Positions 37,384 through 50,803 of a stretch of 64,000 nucleotides of DNA are shown one piece after another. This stretch comes from Hypanus sabinus (taxonomy: Eukaryota): contig NC_082731.1 in assembly GCF_030144855.1 (NCBI RefSeq), positions 21,886,001-21,950,000 of the forward strand, given 5' to 3'. The translations under genes were made by a program, and so were the position numbers. A model generated the notes under the pieces. That model saw only the letters and a program-made list of their open reading frames with translations. It was not told where the DNA came from and did no database searches. Position 1 is the first letter of the stretch. Every line of letters starts with the position of its first letter.

Positions 37384-39103
37384 TTAACTAGAAGTATTGA
37401 TTCCATTTGTATTATCAGTGGTGGCAGAGAAGTTTGAAATAAATTACCTTTCTGATAAAAATTCCAATAGCCAACATCAGCCAAATCGGCGCCTATTGTA
37501 TTTCAAGTGCAAAACGAAGCAAACAATTATCTGCCAAGGACTGAGGCGGGTTCACTTGCTGTTGACCAGGAAATAAACCGCTAACTTCCTTTTTCCACTG
37601 TGCAAGGGGTTTCTATTCATGTTATTTCCCTGTTCCTCAGATCCTTTCCTCTATGCTCAATATTGCATTCCTCGTAATCATTGATAAATTTTCCTTCTCT
37701 GCATGATGAGGACGACGATTTACAAAATGTGGAAAAACTTATCTTTTCGTCTCCAGGTTCCTCAAGCAACTTTGTTTCTGAATATTGTCAATTCTGCTCC
37801 ACTTCTTTGATCCTCAATAGAGCCAATGATCTGAATCCTGGGAGATTGGCTGAAACCGGGCAAAAGTTAATTCCTCTCATCAAAAGATTCAGCTACAGGT
37901 ATGTTTCCAAGGCAAATATAGCACGGACTGAAATGACTTCATAACGTTTTGTAATAGATTACGGAGTGTTTTTTTTGTCTTTCTTTTTTTTTTTGCTGTT
38001 ATGTCCGAAGCCTTATCAGAATGACGGGACCATACTTAAAAGGGAAACAAATCATAACCAGTCATTGCAGACGAAGTTGAGAAGACAAACTGCACGGAGA
38101 ATCTTCTAAAATTATATGTTATATGTCGGTTTCTGGTTGCTTACTTGAATGGAGTTTGCAAAATGTCAAAAGAGTCAGAGCGTCGAAACAGCTACGCGAA
38201 GAGAACGGCATTTTCGGCCCAGCAAGACCAGATTTTTTTTCTGTCCAAAATCTATTTTGTCACGTTCTGTATTACCCCTCTTCCCTTTGCCAAATTAAGC
38301 ATCTACACTACAGTAATTGTACCTCTTTATAAGCACCTTCTGCGATAGTGAGCTCAAGATATCAATCACATTCTTTGGAAATATATAAAAATGAGACTTA
38401 TGGTACAGTTCTCCTTTCAGCTTGCTCCCTCGCAAGTTAACACTAAGCCCTCCTCTGTTTGCGTCCATGTGTGCAACATTTCAATTTTATTGTCTAGAAC
38501 ATTTAGATTAGATATTTTATTCGACATGCTTCCATAGGTTTAATCTACATTTTCCGTCGATTCAGGATAATTATTCCTAATTTGTCATAATCTATCAAAA
38601 TCTTCTAATCAGGCCAACAGCACTGTGAATCCCTTTCGGCAGAGACGTCTTATCCCGGCTGTCCTGCTTTCTTCCTGTCGCAACCTAACTTGAATTGTAG
38701 GCAGATTTGTTAAATTAGAGGGTTATGGCAGATATGCTATTCAGAGTCACAGTAACGTTGCATATAATAGTCCTATGAAATCTTTAGGTAGATTCATTGT
38801 AATCCACACATGGATATTTCAAATACGTAATTAATAAATTACCTGATTTTAAGTGTTGTAAAGTTGATGTCTGTCCGTTCCTTTGAGTCTTCATGAAGTC
38901 ATAGTAACAAAAGACATTTTAGAAATTATCCTAATCACATTAGTATTCTTATTCCTCGCACATTCACCAACCTCGGGTGGATGGGGAGTGTTATTGAGAC
39001 ATGAAATAATTAAGTGTCGTCGTATAACACAGTTCTACATTTTTTCCAATGTTCGTAATACTAATGATGGCCTACAATCCGACGAGGATTAATACCTTCT
39101 CAG

Positions 39104-39412
39104 ATACCATGTGAAGTCAAGAAGCGACATACGTCGGTATCAATGACAACAAAATGAATCTCACTCTTTGACTGTAACGGGACCTGTCATCTGAAAGATT
39201 GAGTGACAAAACTTTGTAGAACGAAGCTTGATCAGAGGACGTAATCCCGATGGATGCTAGCTGAAAAAGCAAAACCAAACTGTAAGTGTAGATCAGATTA
39301 TGTTCAATGCACTGCTTAAAAGAATGGTTAACAATGAACTGCCACCTGTCGCTCATATTATCTAACAAAACGCCCAAACAACATTGCCACATTGTCCTTC
39401 TGCATAGCAAAG
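39104..39412 (+). pseudogene. Possible V relic
   Basis: Acceptor ttctcAG at 39102-39103; SQEATYVGINDNKMNLTL/DCN and HLSLILSNKTP/NIATLSFC. Length is about that of a V exon; several stops and frameshifts; no RSS. Confidence 0.28.
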
Positions 39413-42400
39413 GGAACGGAAGAAAAGTTGACATAGGCCTGAGCACGTTTCATTGCTAATCTAATCGCATCAATCGGAATATTCTCATTCTTAAAATGTG
39501 TATGTCATTGGTGAGTGCAATCCTGCTTCAACAGCTAGAATAGACTAATGTATATAACATATTTCGTAATTCTATTCTTAAGACTAACCTGGATCTTTCC
39601 ATCTTTCCGCAGAAATCCTCATGCTGTGGTTTGCAATATGCAGCGCCACAATGACGTGCAAGTAGATTGATAATATGCACTCTTTATTATTGGACTGAAG
39701 GGAACAGAAGACACCGTTTACGATTATTACTTCATTCGCGTGGCTCTGACTTGCAAGGTAGAAACTACAATTACTGCAATTTAGTTTCTAGAAAGAGAAC
39801 TGTCGTAAGCTACGTCAAAATTCATAGCTCAGAAAGAAACCAATCAGAATCTTGAGTAGTCTGCTACTTGTTGATTTGAAAATATGTCCAGCTCTCATTA
39901 TTTCTGTATTGTTTTTCTGCATTTGTGTACAATAAACTGGTCAATGTTCCTAATAGTCCCACTTCTATGATCAGACTGCTTAGAAAGTATCTCAAGGTCG
40001 TCCATAGCCATTGACCTTTCAAGGCCATGACTGGAATATCTCGAACTGTGAAATTATACTAATTCATAGGTCTCTTTTGTCATCTTTTTATCCGACGGAA
40101 CAGAGGTCTCACAGCTTATGCCAATCCTGGAAGAGCAGACTGAATATTCTGGTACTTATGTGATTATGTTTGATGAGATTGTGCTCTTGACCACAGACAC
40201 ACATATGCATGTGTTATAGTGGATTGCGTATTACCAGTTTTCAGTCGCTGGATCAGATGGAAAGTGTGGCAAATCAAACTACATATCCAGATGTCTCATG
40301 CCTAAAGCAGCAAATGTTAAAAGCATAATGGAAGTCTACATAAATACATGGACTGGAGCATGACAGCTGGGTCGTCAGGCTACGGAGTTTATTTCCGAGG
40401 TCAACTGCAAATTATCACCAGATGCTCCCCGTGGAATGTGTCGGAATTCTGCAGACGCTTCTGCTTCCAACCCAGAGTTTGCAGTTGTACCGATTAGAAG
40501 GTTAATTGGGATTGTAAGTGGTGAGTAGTTTGAAGTTAAATCTACGAGGTTGCTCGATTAATCGGAATTGATTATCAATGAAGGGAAAGGATCCGAAAGG
40601 ATCCTCCAGAAGATGAATCACTAGTTATACATCAATACTGAGAATTCATTGTTCTCTAGAGAGGGCTAAAGTGATTCTCGTCGTGGGACCTGTAGAACAT
40701 AATTGCAATGGGACTCATCTGCTCATCAACATGTGCTGGAAAAATATCAATGCACTGACAATATGCTGAAAACGAATAGCGAATCGAAGAAAATGTTTAA
40801 TTTCCCGTTATTTAAGCACTGCTCGTGTAGATGAACAGCTCAGTTCTTGCTTATCCCTTCACACACTTCATGTTCATTTGACGGACAGTTAGAAGTAGCG
40901 AGTGAAAATGAATGAAACTCCAATTCAACGTAACCCTAAATGGAATTAATACCATAAATTGTGCAGACAGAAAATCAGCTGAGGACCAACAATTATCATC
41001 TCTGTTCTCGAAGGGAACAGGGCGCGAAATAGTGCCAATGTCTTTCGGATAAATCATCTGCCACACCACCGCCACCCTGAATAAAATAGTCATGGCATTC
41101 TGGGAATAGATATATAACCAGTCTGCAAGTCCCACTTCAATAATGCCCTTTCAGGGGCCCATGCAATGTGTAAAACCATAACCTCATTTCCCTAAGCGAC
41201 GGTATGGGTTGTCTGAATCCACCTGACATTAGACCGTTGCATTGATCAGCTGAATTATGTCGCACAGATGCTTTGTAGAGTCAGTTTCTCAATCGTGCAT
41301 TCATTTTTAAAGTTATTACTTTCGTTGTTTTGGAATTCTACAATTTGCCACTATTTTGTTAATTTGTGATCCACATCAGGCGAACAGCACATGATTGAAG
41401 GATCACTTTGGAAACGAGTGAACCATGCATTTCTACTGGTGACCGCGTTAGTTTCCCAACTTTAGCTTTATACTTTTCGCACTCTGATGCTCCTGTCACT
41501 TGTCTATCCTACCAGAAAGTTGAACTACCTACCATCAGTTGTTATGTTCAAATTAACTTTGTTATCAAAATACCGATATGTCATTCCATACTATCTTTAT
41601 ATTTATTCAATAGCAAGGATTGCAGAACGAATAATAAAAATATATTATCTGCAATATACGACATTATGGAGAGAAAAAATATAGGATGAGCAGATAAAGG
41701 ATTTTAGGATGAGAAAAAAAAGAACATGCTTGGAAGACGAGTTATCATGAAAGTGAGTCTGTCGGCTGTGCAGTCAGTGCAGTGCAAAAGCGAGTACAGT
41801 TTTTCATTTAGGCTCAGTAGTCATGTCACTGGAGGGTAACAATCGTCCCTTAGTAGGCTGGTGTCCAATCATTGTCTCGTTTCAGTCTTATGCTTCCGGC
41901 TTTTCCGCTCGTTTTTGTAACACATCTGCCCTATTCTGTTTATAACGCATATTCATGTACATTATATCTTCTGCTAATATAGGAAGTACACTTTAATTAC
42001 TAATCTAAATTTAGCTACTTTCGAAGTAGGATACCGAGAACTAATACCCAGACCTAACTGTTTCATCGACAGTTATTCAGGATCATGTATCTAAAACACA
42101 TTGTTTTCAATACTGAATATTCCGATTCATGCGATCAGATTAGCAATGTCACACAGTTGATTCCCTAAGCATAAGCATTCAGCTGGCCCTTTTTTAGCAA
42201 AAACTATGCTGCGCTTTCAAAATACCTCGTTTTCATACTTGGTTAATGCAGTTAACTACGAGTTAAAATCGATATTATTCCGGTCCCACTCTAGTCAGTT
42301 ACTTGCTACTACTGAAGCGGACTCAAACTCCTGACAGATTAATTTCTGGATTTCCAGTACAAGGTAGATGTTGTTTAGATCACAAGAAAGGTAACGTACA

Positions 42401-42544
42401 GTAATAGCAAATAAACTAATACTCGGCAGATTAAATAACATAAATAAATTTTAATGGATAATAACGATGGGAAAATTGGGATATTTCCACAAAAATGCAT
42501 GTAAGGATAGGATATCACTCCCATAATAAGTGTTGATATACTGC

Positions 42545-42835
42545 CATCCTGCGTGGACGTGCCTTGTTCTGATTATATATATAAAAAAAAACAACTCTTC
42601 CCTTGGAGGTGCAGCTGCTTTGTTCATTGAACATATCCGTGGTATCCAGTATCATATACTTACGGTCTATAAAATAGCACCTGCAAGAGACTTGTTGTCC
42701 CCTTCCTTTGATTAAGTCAAGGACGGACGTAATGCTTGGGCTGGTGTTCACCGTTCGTCAACGGAACTTGGTTGGGAAATTCACAACTCTATTCGTAAAC
42801 AATGGAATCTCACACTTTGCTGTGCCTACACAAAC
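42545..42835 (+). pseudogene. Decayed plus-strand V relic (cassette copy 1)
   Basis: LGGAAA...VYKIAPARDL (WYK-like), then SSTELGWEIH...CCA. The FR3 nucleotides align by eye with 47060-47100 and 55245-55280. Confidence 0.35.
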
Positions 42836-43832
42836 TGCAATAAAACTGTTTTGACCTCGTGACAACAGGTTATAACATGAATCATACTGTGCCTATTGAA
42901 TGAATAATCATTCAATAAAATTTTCCAATTTATGAACTTAAAATTGGTGATCTCCGTTGATCAGGTTGTCGATGCTTTCTAGTCCGAATCCCGGCAAAGG
43001 GGTTCATCCTTACGATGGTGAGCATAGTGGATAGAAAACATCAAAGTGTCCACTTTTATAGTCGTTCCTTACCAATTATTATAATTAACTCCAATGTATT
43101 TCGCACTAAGTAATCTGATTGACCTTTAGCAGCTTTTTTTACTGTCTCTGCTACCCACCAGCATCCAGTAAGTGACAGTCGATAATTTAAGACATGCACC
43201 ACCCCATACATTGACAAACCCACCTATTATATCATACCAAATAACATCTCAGAAATAGCTTCTAATCTGGAAATGATTTCCAGTTCAGTAGCTTGCCTGT
43301 CTGCTTACACTGTCTAAGTCCCATTTAAGTTCAACTTTTTATTCCATACGTTAATTTTACCGTGTCGAAAAGAGGTATAAACGGCGGACACATTTTACGA
43401 AGTGCATTTGTTGAATATTCGTATTTCTGTTGACTATTCAGTGTCCGTAACGGGAAACATGATTTTTTTTTCAAAAGTTTACTATTTGTGAATTAATGAT
43501 CTGTACACCTATTCGAAGTCGATGCATTTTCTGTCACAATTGCCATGATATCGAGGCTGATTTAATATTCCACCTGCATCCAAAATATTAGAAAATATAA
43601 TAATGAATACAAGAAACAGGTAAAACAACGAGCGATGCTGCGTGATTAACTGCTCTTGAATTATCTTTCCGAATGTGCAGGAGAACTGTTGAATCGGATT
43701 GGATCAGTACAGTTAATATTGAATAATACTGGTAGATAATATACAGGCATTATCATAATTGCCTGGATCAGCTAATACTTCCAGTTGCAGAAAAGCCGTC
43801 CTTACACCCGGATGATTTCAGGGAGCTCAAGC

Positions 43833-43871
43833 AGTTTTTGTACAGTCGCAGGTTAAGTCTGTTCCATTGTG
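43833..43871 (-). other. 23-RSS
   Basis: CACAATG (43871-43865), 23 bp, then ACAAAAACT (43841-43833). Confidence 0.92.
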
Positions 43872-44333
43872 GGTCTCAGCGCGCAGAAATACACAGCCTC
43901 GTCTGGCAGCTGTGTATCAGACACAGTAAGTGGGAGCGTTCTATTCGAATCGTCCAGCTGTGCAGAGAAGCGTTGTCCTGGGGTCTGTATCGAGTTTGCA
44001 CCGTATTTACTCCGTTTCAATAGGTGCTCCAGAGATCCGCCGGGATACTGACGATACCAGTATAATGTAAAATCGCCAATCCTTGTAGCACTATAGTTAC
44101 AGTTCAACGATACCTCACCGCCTTCAGTCACAACGGATATAGCTGATGTCTGAAAAACGGCATCGCCTCGACAACGGCCTGAAAGAATCCGAAAGATATT
44201 TCAATCAAACCACAACATTTCTCTGTGCGCACACATCTTTATCGCACCATGATCTCTAGTACTGACCTGAGTTGTGGATCGAGGGAGGTCAAATCGAAAT
44301 ATACGTTTCGTAGAGATGCTGGGATGGTCTCAT
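43872..44333 (-). pseudogene. TCR alpha/delta-type V segment: open V exon (44178-43872) but disabled leader
   Basis: Exon reads RCRGDAVFQTSAISVVTEGGEVSLNCNYS...LYWYRQYPGGSLEHLL...RFSAQLDDSNRTLPLTVSDTQLPDEAVYFCALR, 307 nt with no stops. Leader 44306-44267 has ACG in place of ATG and an in-frame TGA (44291-44289). An upstream in-frame ATG (44333) also hits this stop. Confidence 0.88.
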
Positions 44334-44913
44334 AGAAAACGATTTAATTGTTTAAAAGAAGAGATAAAGAAGCAACAAAAAAAAACTCTTAACTTTAGAG
44401 TTTACAGGTTTCACGCGAAAAATAAGCAAAATTAACATTGTTATATTTCCCCATTAGAGGCAACAATGAGCTTCAATGTGATTGAACTGAAAACTCCATT
44501 CAACCATTATAATGGCATTTCCAGAGGATCTGAATACGCACAAATTGATCTGGATAATCAATCCTTTGATTATTACCCTGTCGTTGTCCACACTGGATTC
44601 CGGGAATTGACTAATAAGTAATCGTTCACTTCACCGATGTGAATCACGGTGTTTAAAACTCCAGAAACTTACCGGTTAGGATCGCTGCTGCAATAAGGAA
44701 CAAACGCATAAACTTGGACAGCATGGCTTCACAGACTGTGAATTACAACTGAAATTATCTTATTGATAAGGTAGATTTAATTCGAAATTCGGGAGGTTTG
44801 TAATATCTCTCTACGTTCTTTATATTATTGGTCGCCTCCAATAAGCACAAGGCTCCTTGATTCAACGACCCCTCCAATGAATTCAATCACTATTTGTTTC
44901 GGTTTCTCAGTGC

Positions 44914-45034
44914 AACCAATCAACTTATTATTGGCAGATAAGGCGTGATCTGACCTACATTATAACTTCCGTGCAAAACAATGAACTGCATGTAACGTAT
45001 CTTGGCAAAGATGGAAGAATCGGAAGTGACATCG
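44914..45034. promoter_or_regulatory. Conserved cassette block with CCAAT, ETS and CRE-like motifs (copy 1)
   Basis: AACCAATCA at 44914-44922, ACTTCCG at 44965-44971, CGGAAGTG at 45021-45028 and AGTGACATCG at 45025-45034. Repeated at 51423 and 58563. Confidence 0.35.
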
Positions 45035-46829
45035 TAGTGTGACGTAAAAACGATGCAGTTGGTATGTTCCGATTCTGTGAAGTCTCAGCATGGGAGTTGC
45101 ATTTTATAAGTGAGTAATGGAACATTTGTGAAAATAAGAAGGATACATGCAGCACAATTCACTAAATGTCTATTTTTATGATGTTGACATTTGCTTTCCG
45201 GTTATTGTAATCGAGCAGGAAATCGACGAAATGTCATTTGCCAAGGATACAAAAGATTTTTCAGCAAAGAAAACCGAATTTCCGTCGAGCGTCATCTCGC
45301 TTAACCTCTTCTTTCTACGCTGTGGTTAGACCCACTTCCCTTCGCCAATTCGTGCACCTGAAACAGAATAACTGAACGTGATTACATGTACCTCGTTGTC
45401 GGAAAGTACGAAATATAAACCACTTCCTGTTTTTGTAGAAGTACTCAGCACTCCTTTCATGTTTGACATTCAACCTATAACCTTAAACCTACACCAAGTT
45501 TTTTTTTCTTTTTATATCAAGGATGGAAAATGAAATGTATTTACCAGGTAATTTATGTGCAGGCCCACTCCACTGACCCTCCGCAACACTGTTTTTTTCT
45601 TGCAGCAGTTGACATAAAGAACCCGCAATTACGTTATATCGAAAATTAAATTAGAATGCCCTGGTAGCCCTTTAATTTAGTAGTGGTAAATAGTAATGTC
45701 ATAGATAATCAGGACAATAGTAATTAGAATATATTAATTACAATAAACTTAACTATAGACGGGCATGCAACTAAGGTGTAAAAATAGGAGAACACGCCCA
45801 GTTTAAAACAAAATGAACACACTGCTAAAGCGACTGATCATTAAAGTGACTCTGTCGGTTGTGCTATTCGTTCAGGACTCAGTTGAGTGAAGTTTTCTAC
45901 GTCCACTCAAGAGTCAAATGGCTACAGGTCTTTCTATCTTTCTTTAATTCGCTGGTGTGGCACTTATGACTCCAGAATTATTCCCCGGTGATAGAGGCGT
46001 GCAACAACTATGCCCTTGACAGCGGCTGTCGTTTATCGTCCTTCCTTCGACAAGTCCAGGTAAATGCTTTTGGAGTAAAAAACAAACTTGAATGCACAAG
46101 GTTTTGCCTGGACTTAATCAGCATCCCTGGAAAAATATAGTGTTTATATTATGGAGTTCCTTTTTAAAGAGAATCAGTCTTCACCTTTTACAGTTCGTTG
46201 TGCAGTTCGCCACAGTCAAAGTCCATATAACCTCAGGACTGTATCTCCGACTATGTTATAATCCTACACTTATCAATGGCCTTGGAGTGTTCACATCACA
46301 GCAACACTGAGAAGCCATGATATTCAGACATGTTATAGGAAGAGAAACCTTATCACCATTACGATTGCTGCACACCCATTTAGCTGTGTCCAGGTGGCTC
46401 AACTTGTGCTTTATATTAATTTGCCATATTATGTTTATAATGAGTAATAGAATTTCCAAAGCACCCGGTTGTGAATACAAACTGTGCGTGGCGTTTCTGC
46501 AAATAATTATTTTCCGTTAGCCTTATCTTTCAGCTGGTCCGTGTTTAGCAAAATGATACTGCACCTTCAAAATACCTCATCATCTTAATGGTTTAATGTA
46601 TTGATCTATGAGTTAAACTCCACTTTCTTCCGGCATCAGTGCACTCATCAACTTATTACTACTGATAACGAACTCACACCTCTGCAAGTTTAATTTGCTT
46701 TTTCTGAACATCTTTTACTGTTGCAGGCTAAAAAGATTAGAAAATATCGAACAATAACTTCAAAAATGTAGGTCAAAATAACGTTTATGGGATTAAAAAA
46801 AGAGCGGAAAAACTCGAGACAGCACAGAC

Positions 46830-47150
46830 ACGACAAAGGTCGTACCTTCCACAGAAAGTGTTGATGCACTGCTGTCCTGTGGGAGAGTGCCTTATTCTGA
46901 ATTGATCACAGCTGTTTCCGTCGGGACCAGATACATCAGAATTTGCTACTATATTCCCAGAGGATATGTACCTGCTGTCACGTTTCAAGTATCTTTGGAA
47001 TATAATATTGCACGAGGAACACTCTTGCACTCTTCTGCCTCTATTTATGCACGCATAACAACTTTTCGACGGAACTGAACATTTGGAAAGTAATTCACGT
47101 TGTTCTACTTTTTTTCTGTATTTGTTCTCCATCTCCAGTGAATAATCAGG
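46830..47150 (+). pseudogene. Decayed plus-strand V relic (cassette copy 2)
   Basis: PQKVL...PVGECLILN*S (C23 to TGA), ICYYIPRG (WYRQ.PG-like), and STELNIWKV....FFC (SELNI...YFC-like FR3). Confidence 0.45.
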
Positions 47151-47189
47151 AGCCGATGCAATGGTATCCCCTACGTTACAGTATTGCAA

Positions 47190-48113
47190 AGTGCTGATGA
47201 CATAAAATTTGGGAGTGATGTGGATAGTGTGGAAGTCAGTCAGAGGTTACGTACAGCGGGACATTAACAGGATGCAAAACTAGTCTGATAGGAGACAGAT
47301 GGGTATAAACCTAGATAAGTGTCAGTGGTTCAATTTGGTATGTCAACAATAATGGCAGAATATAGTTGTAATAGTAATGGTAAGACTCTTGGCAGTGTGG
47401 AGGATTAGTGGGATCTTGGAGTCCAAGTCCATTGGACGCCCAAAGCGGCTGCGCAGGTTGACACTATACTTAAGATGGCATACGGTTTATTAGTCTTCAT
47501 CAATCATCGTATTGAATTTAGGAGCCAAGAGGTAATGTTGCAGGTATATAGTACCCTGGTCAGACCCCACTTTGAATCCTGTGTTCAATACTGGTCCCCT
47601 CACTACAAGAAGGAAATGGAAACCATAGAAATGGTGCAGAGGAGATTTAAAATTTGTGTCGCCTAGATTGGGGCGAATGACTTAGGAAAACAGGTTGAGT
47701 GAGCTCGGCCGTTTCTCCTTGGAGCGACAGAGGATATGATGTGATCTGATATAGGTCTATAAGATGATGAGAGGCATTGCTCTTGTGGATATCCAGAGGC
47801 TTTTGCCCAAGCCCGAAAAGGCTGCCACAAGAAGGCACAGGTTTAAGGTGCTAGGGAGTAGGTACGGAGCTGATGTCAGGGGTAAGTTTTCTATGCACAG
47901 AGTGGTGAGTGCGTAGAATGGGCTGCCGGCAACGGTGGTGGAGATGGATATGATAGGGTCTTTTAACCGACTTTTCGATAGGTACATTGAGCCTCGTATA
48001 TAGTGCTATGTGTAACCCTGGTAACGTCTAAGCAAGGGAAATTTTCGCCACAACATTATGGGCCGAAGGGTCTGCATTGTGTTGTAGGTTTTCGATGTTT
48101 CAACGTTTCTATG
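47190..48113 (+). mobile_element. CR1 RT 3' fragment
   Basis: ADDIKFG..., YSTLVRPHFESCVQYWSPHYKK (47475-47666), and 3' end gggccgaagggtctgcattgtgttgtagg. Same subfamily as 3320-4996. Confidence 0.88.
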
Positions 48114-49074
48114 AATGACGATGTGTGGTAGATGATACTCTTATGTATTTTTGTGGATTACGTTAACAATTACACTGTGGAGTAATAGGTCGGATTGTTG
48201 AATTTTTATGAGGATTCATTACGACATCCCAAAATGTGCCAAAACATATCGATATCCTTGAAAAAAAAATGTAAGTAGAAAGTTATCTGTCTTTTCGCGT
48301 TTTCTCAGCCTGCCGTGCGGGAGCTGAGGAGGAAACAACCTATTGATGAAAATCTCAAACTTAATGAAGCAGATTTGCGGGCCTTGAGCTTTTTCAGAGG
48401 TGGTATTTTTTTCCTATAAACCATTTAAATTAATGCAATTTCCTGACTAATAAATTAAATTCCCACCTGACAGTGTGGATGCTATGGAGAAAACAGAGAC
48501 CATGTGCAAGATGGATGGCAAGTGTGAGCAGGATCATTATACTGGATTGAGTGTGACTATTCCAAGTGATGTTCTGAGACTTCGCACTTGTTGATAGCTG
48601 AATGAGTCTTATTGCTCATGTAGTTCCTAGACTATGCAATTTTTCGCACAGTGTTGTGCGCTTGATACGTGGTGCAGGATATTTGCCACTACAGTCTCTT
48701 AATAAAGACGTTGCCCATGCTGGTCGGTAACAGGTCAATACAAAGGAATGACGTTTTGAATGATAACTTTTCTCAGCATACTACGGGCGGTCTGTTCCTG
48801 GAACTGCTGTATTGGATTAACCTCTCAGAAAGTACAGTGGTTGAACATGCATTAACGTCAGTGTATAACATTAAAAGGGAGATCAGCTTATTGGTTGCTA
48901 CACTCTAGTTTACAGCTGTTGGTCTTTCAGGGCACAGTGAGGCTGGTGGATTACTATAAAGTACTGGAAGGCTACTTCTGGGTTTACAGTACCAGGTTTT
49001 GTATACAAGCAGCAGCGTCCATTGATATGGAGCTCCTGCACACAGTGCATGCCACTTTCTCAATGATACCATGA

Positions 49075-49490
49075 GGTAGGAGGTATGGCACCATGGAGGC
49101 ACACCATCAGCGCTTCTGAAACAGCTTCTTCCCCTCTGCTATCCGATTCCTAAATGGGCATTGAACACTTGGACACTATGTCAATTTCTAAAATAAATAT
49201 TATTTATTGTTTTTGCACAAATTTAATCTATTAAATATGCGTATACTGTAACTGATTTTCTACGACTACNNNNNNNNNNNNNNNNNNNNNNNNNNNNNNN
49301 NNNNNNNNNNNNNNNNNNNNNNNNNNNNNNNNNNNNNNNNNNNNNNNNNNNNNNNNNNNNNNNNNNNNNNNNNNNNNNNNNNNNNNNNNNNNNNNNNNNN
49401 NNNNNNNNNNNNNNNNNNNNNNNNNATGTTGACACATTTCACGTCAGAACCTGGCGATAATAAAACGCATTCTGACTCTGATTTTGTACT
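49075..49490 (+). mobile_element. Rex1/Babar-type LINE 3' end (spans gap)
   Basis: GRRYGTMEAHHQRF*NSFFPSAIRFLNG matches the SGRRYRS...RL.NSFFP.AIRLLN C-terminus; AT-rich UTR ending ...attctgactctgatt. Confidence 0.7.
49270..49425. other. Assembly gap (156 N)
   Basis: Run of N. Confidence 1.
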
Positions 49491-50330
49491 TTTGTTGTTC
49501 ATGTCGAACTTGGGATTTCCCGAGAGTCATAATAGTCAGCGAGTTTAATCATCTCTTTTGCATCTTCCAAGGATTTCGTGTCCCTGTGAAGGTGTGCATT
49601 ATTCTGAAACTCAAAAGCACTGTCCTTGTGATTGGTTAATTGTGAAGTTGCCGTTGCTTTACCCATTGAATAGCTGCCTGTTGTTCAGTTTCAAATGTGT
49701 TGATCAGAGAAATTAGCATCTGGAAGTGGCTGCATTCTTCTTTTGTTTAAGGCATTGAAGTAGTAATGACTGGGAAGTTAAACTCTAATCGCAATTTAAT
49801 TATGCTTGTCGAATGTTTATAGTTGTTAAATACACTATTCGACTTTTTAGTGAGGGTAACTTGTTAAAATGTTTATTGTTTATAAATAAAAGATTAACAA
49901 ACCTATTAGAACACAATGCAATCCCTTTTATATTTTGTCAATATTATTCATCTTTAAATACAGCGACGCAGTCAGATTCAACAGGATGCTTTTGAATCTA
50001 CCCTCGGGTGCATTGTGTACGATAATAGTACTGCAGTTATTCAAAGAGCTAAAGAAAGTCCACTCAACATCAGTTGTTTAAAATGTTTGTTAAAAGAGCT
50101 ATTCGTTGCTACAGTAAGATAGATGCGATTGGAATGTTGAATTATCGTACACATTGCACCCGAGGGCAGATTCAGAAGCATCCTGTTGAATCTGACTGCG
50201 TCGCTGTATTTAAAGATGAATAATATAAGCAAAATATATAGTAGTATTGTCATCATTAGAGGAATCATCTGAGATTTGCTTCTGCACGCAAAGTTGCACT
50301 TACAACCAGATGGCTCTAGGGAGAACAGGT

Positions 50331-50369
50331 AGTTTTTGTACAATCACAGATAAGGTCTATGCCTTTGTG
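50331..50369 (-). other. 23-RSS with non-consensus heptamer
   Basis: CACAAAG (50369-50363), 23 bp, then ACAAAAACT (50339-50331). Confidence 0.88.
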
Positions 50370-50803
50370 TGGCTCAGAGCGCAGAAATATATGGCCGCGT
50401 CTTCCAGTTGTGCCTTAGACACAGTCAGTGGGACAGTGCTTTTCGAAACATCCAGCTCCGCTGTGAAACGTTGATCTGGAATTTCATTTTGGTTACCATC
50501 GTATTTCCTCCGTATCAAAAGGAACTCTGGAGATCCGCCGGGATACTGACGGTACCAAATTAATGCAAAATTGCTTGCGATTGTAGTAGTATAGTTACAG
50601 TTCAACAACGTATCATTCCCTTCAATGACTGTGGTCATAGTAGGTGTCTGTAAAACGGCATCGCCTCGATCAGATCCTGAAAGAGACCAAATCGTATTTC
50701 AAACACACGATCATATCCTGCAAAACACACACTTCGGACCGCCCTATGATCTCTTCAACTGACCTGAGTCGCGGATGAGTAGAATACAGTTAGAAATATC
50801 CAT
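50370..50803 (-). CDS. TCR alpha/delta-type V segment, apparently intact (leader 50803-50764, intron 87 nt, V exon 50676-50370)
   Basis: Leader MDISNCILLIRDS-G with donor GTCAGT; acceptor tttcAG. Exon reads SDRGDAVLQTPTMTTVIEGNDTLLNCNYTTT...LIWYRQYPGGSPEFLLIRR...RFTAELDVSKSTVPLTVSKAQLEDAAIYFCALS with no stops. Confidence 0.92.

Noticed and set aside
6494-50803. Assignment of any V as IgH-like, TAILV or NAR-TCR V
   Set aside because: No IgHV-type FR motifs (WVRQ.PGKGLEW, YYCAR) or NARV-type features were seen, and no D/J clusters. Alpha versus delta cannot be decided from V sequence alone, so gene symbols are left empty.
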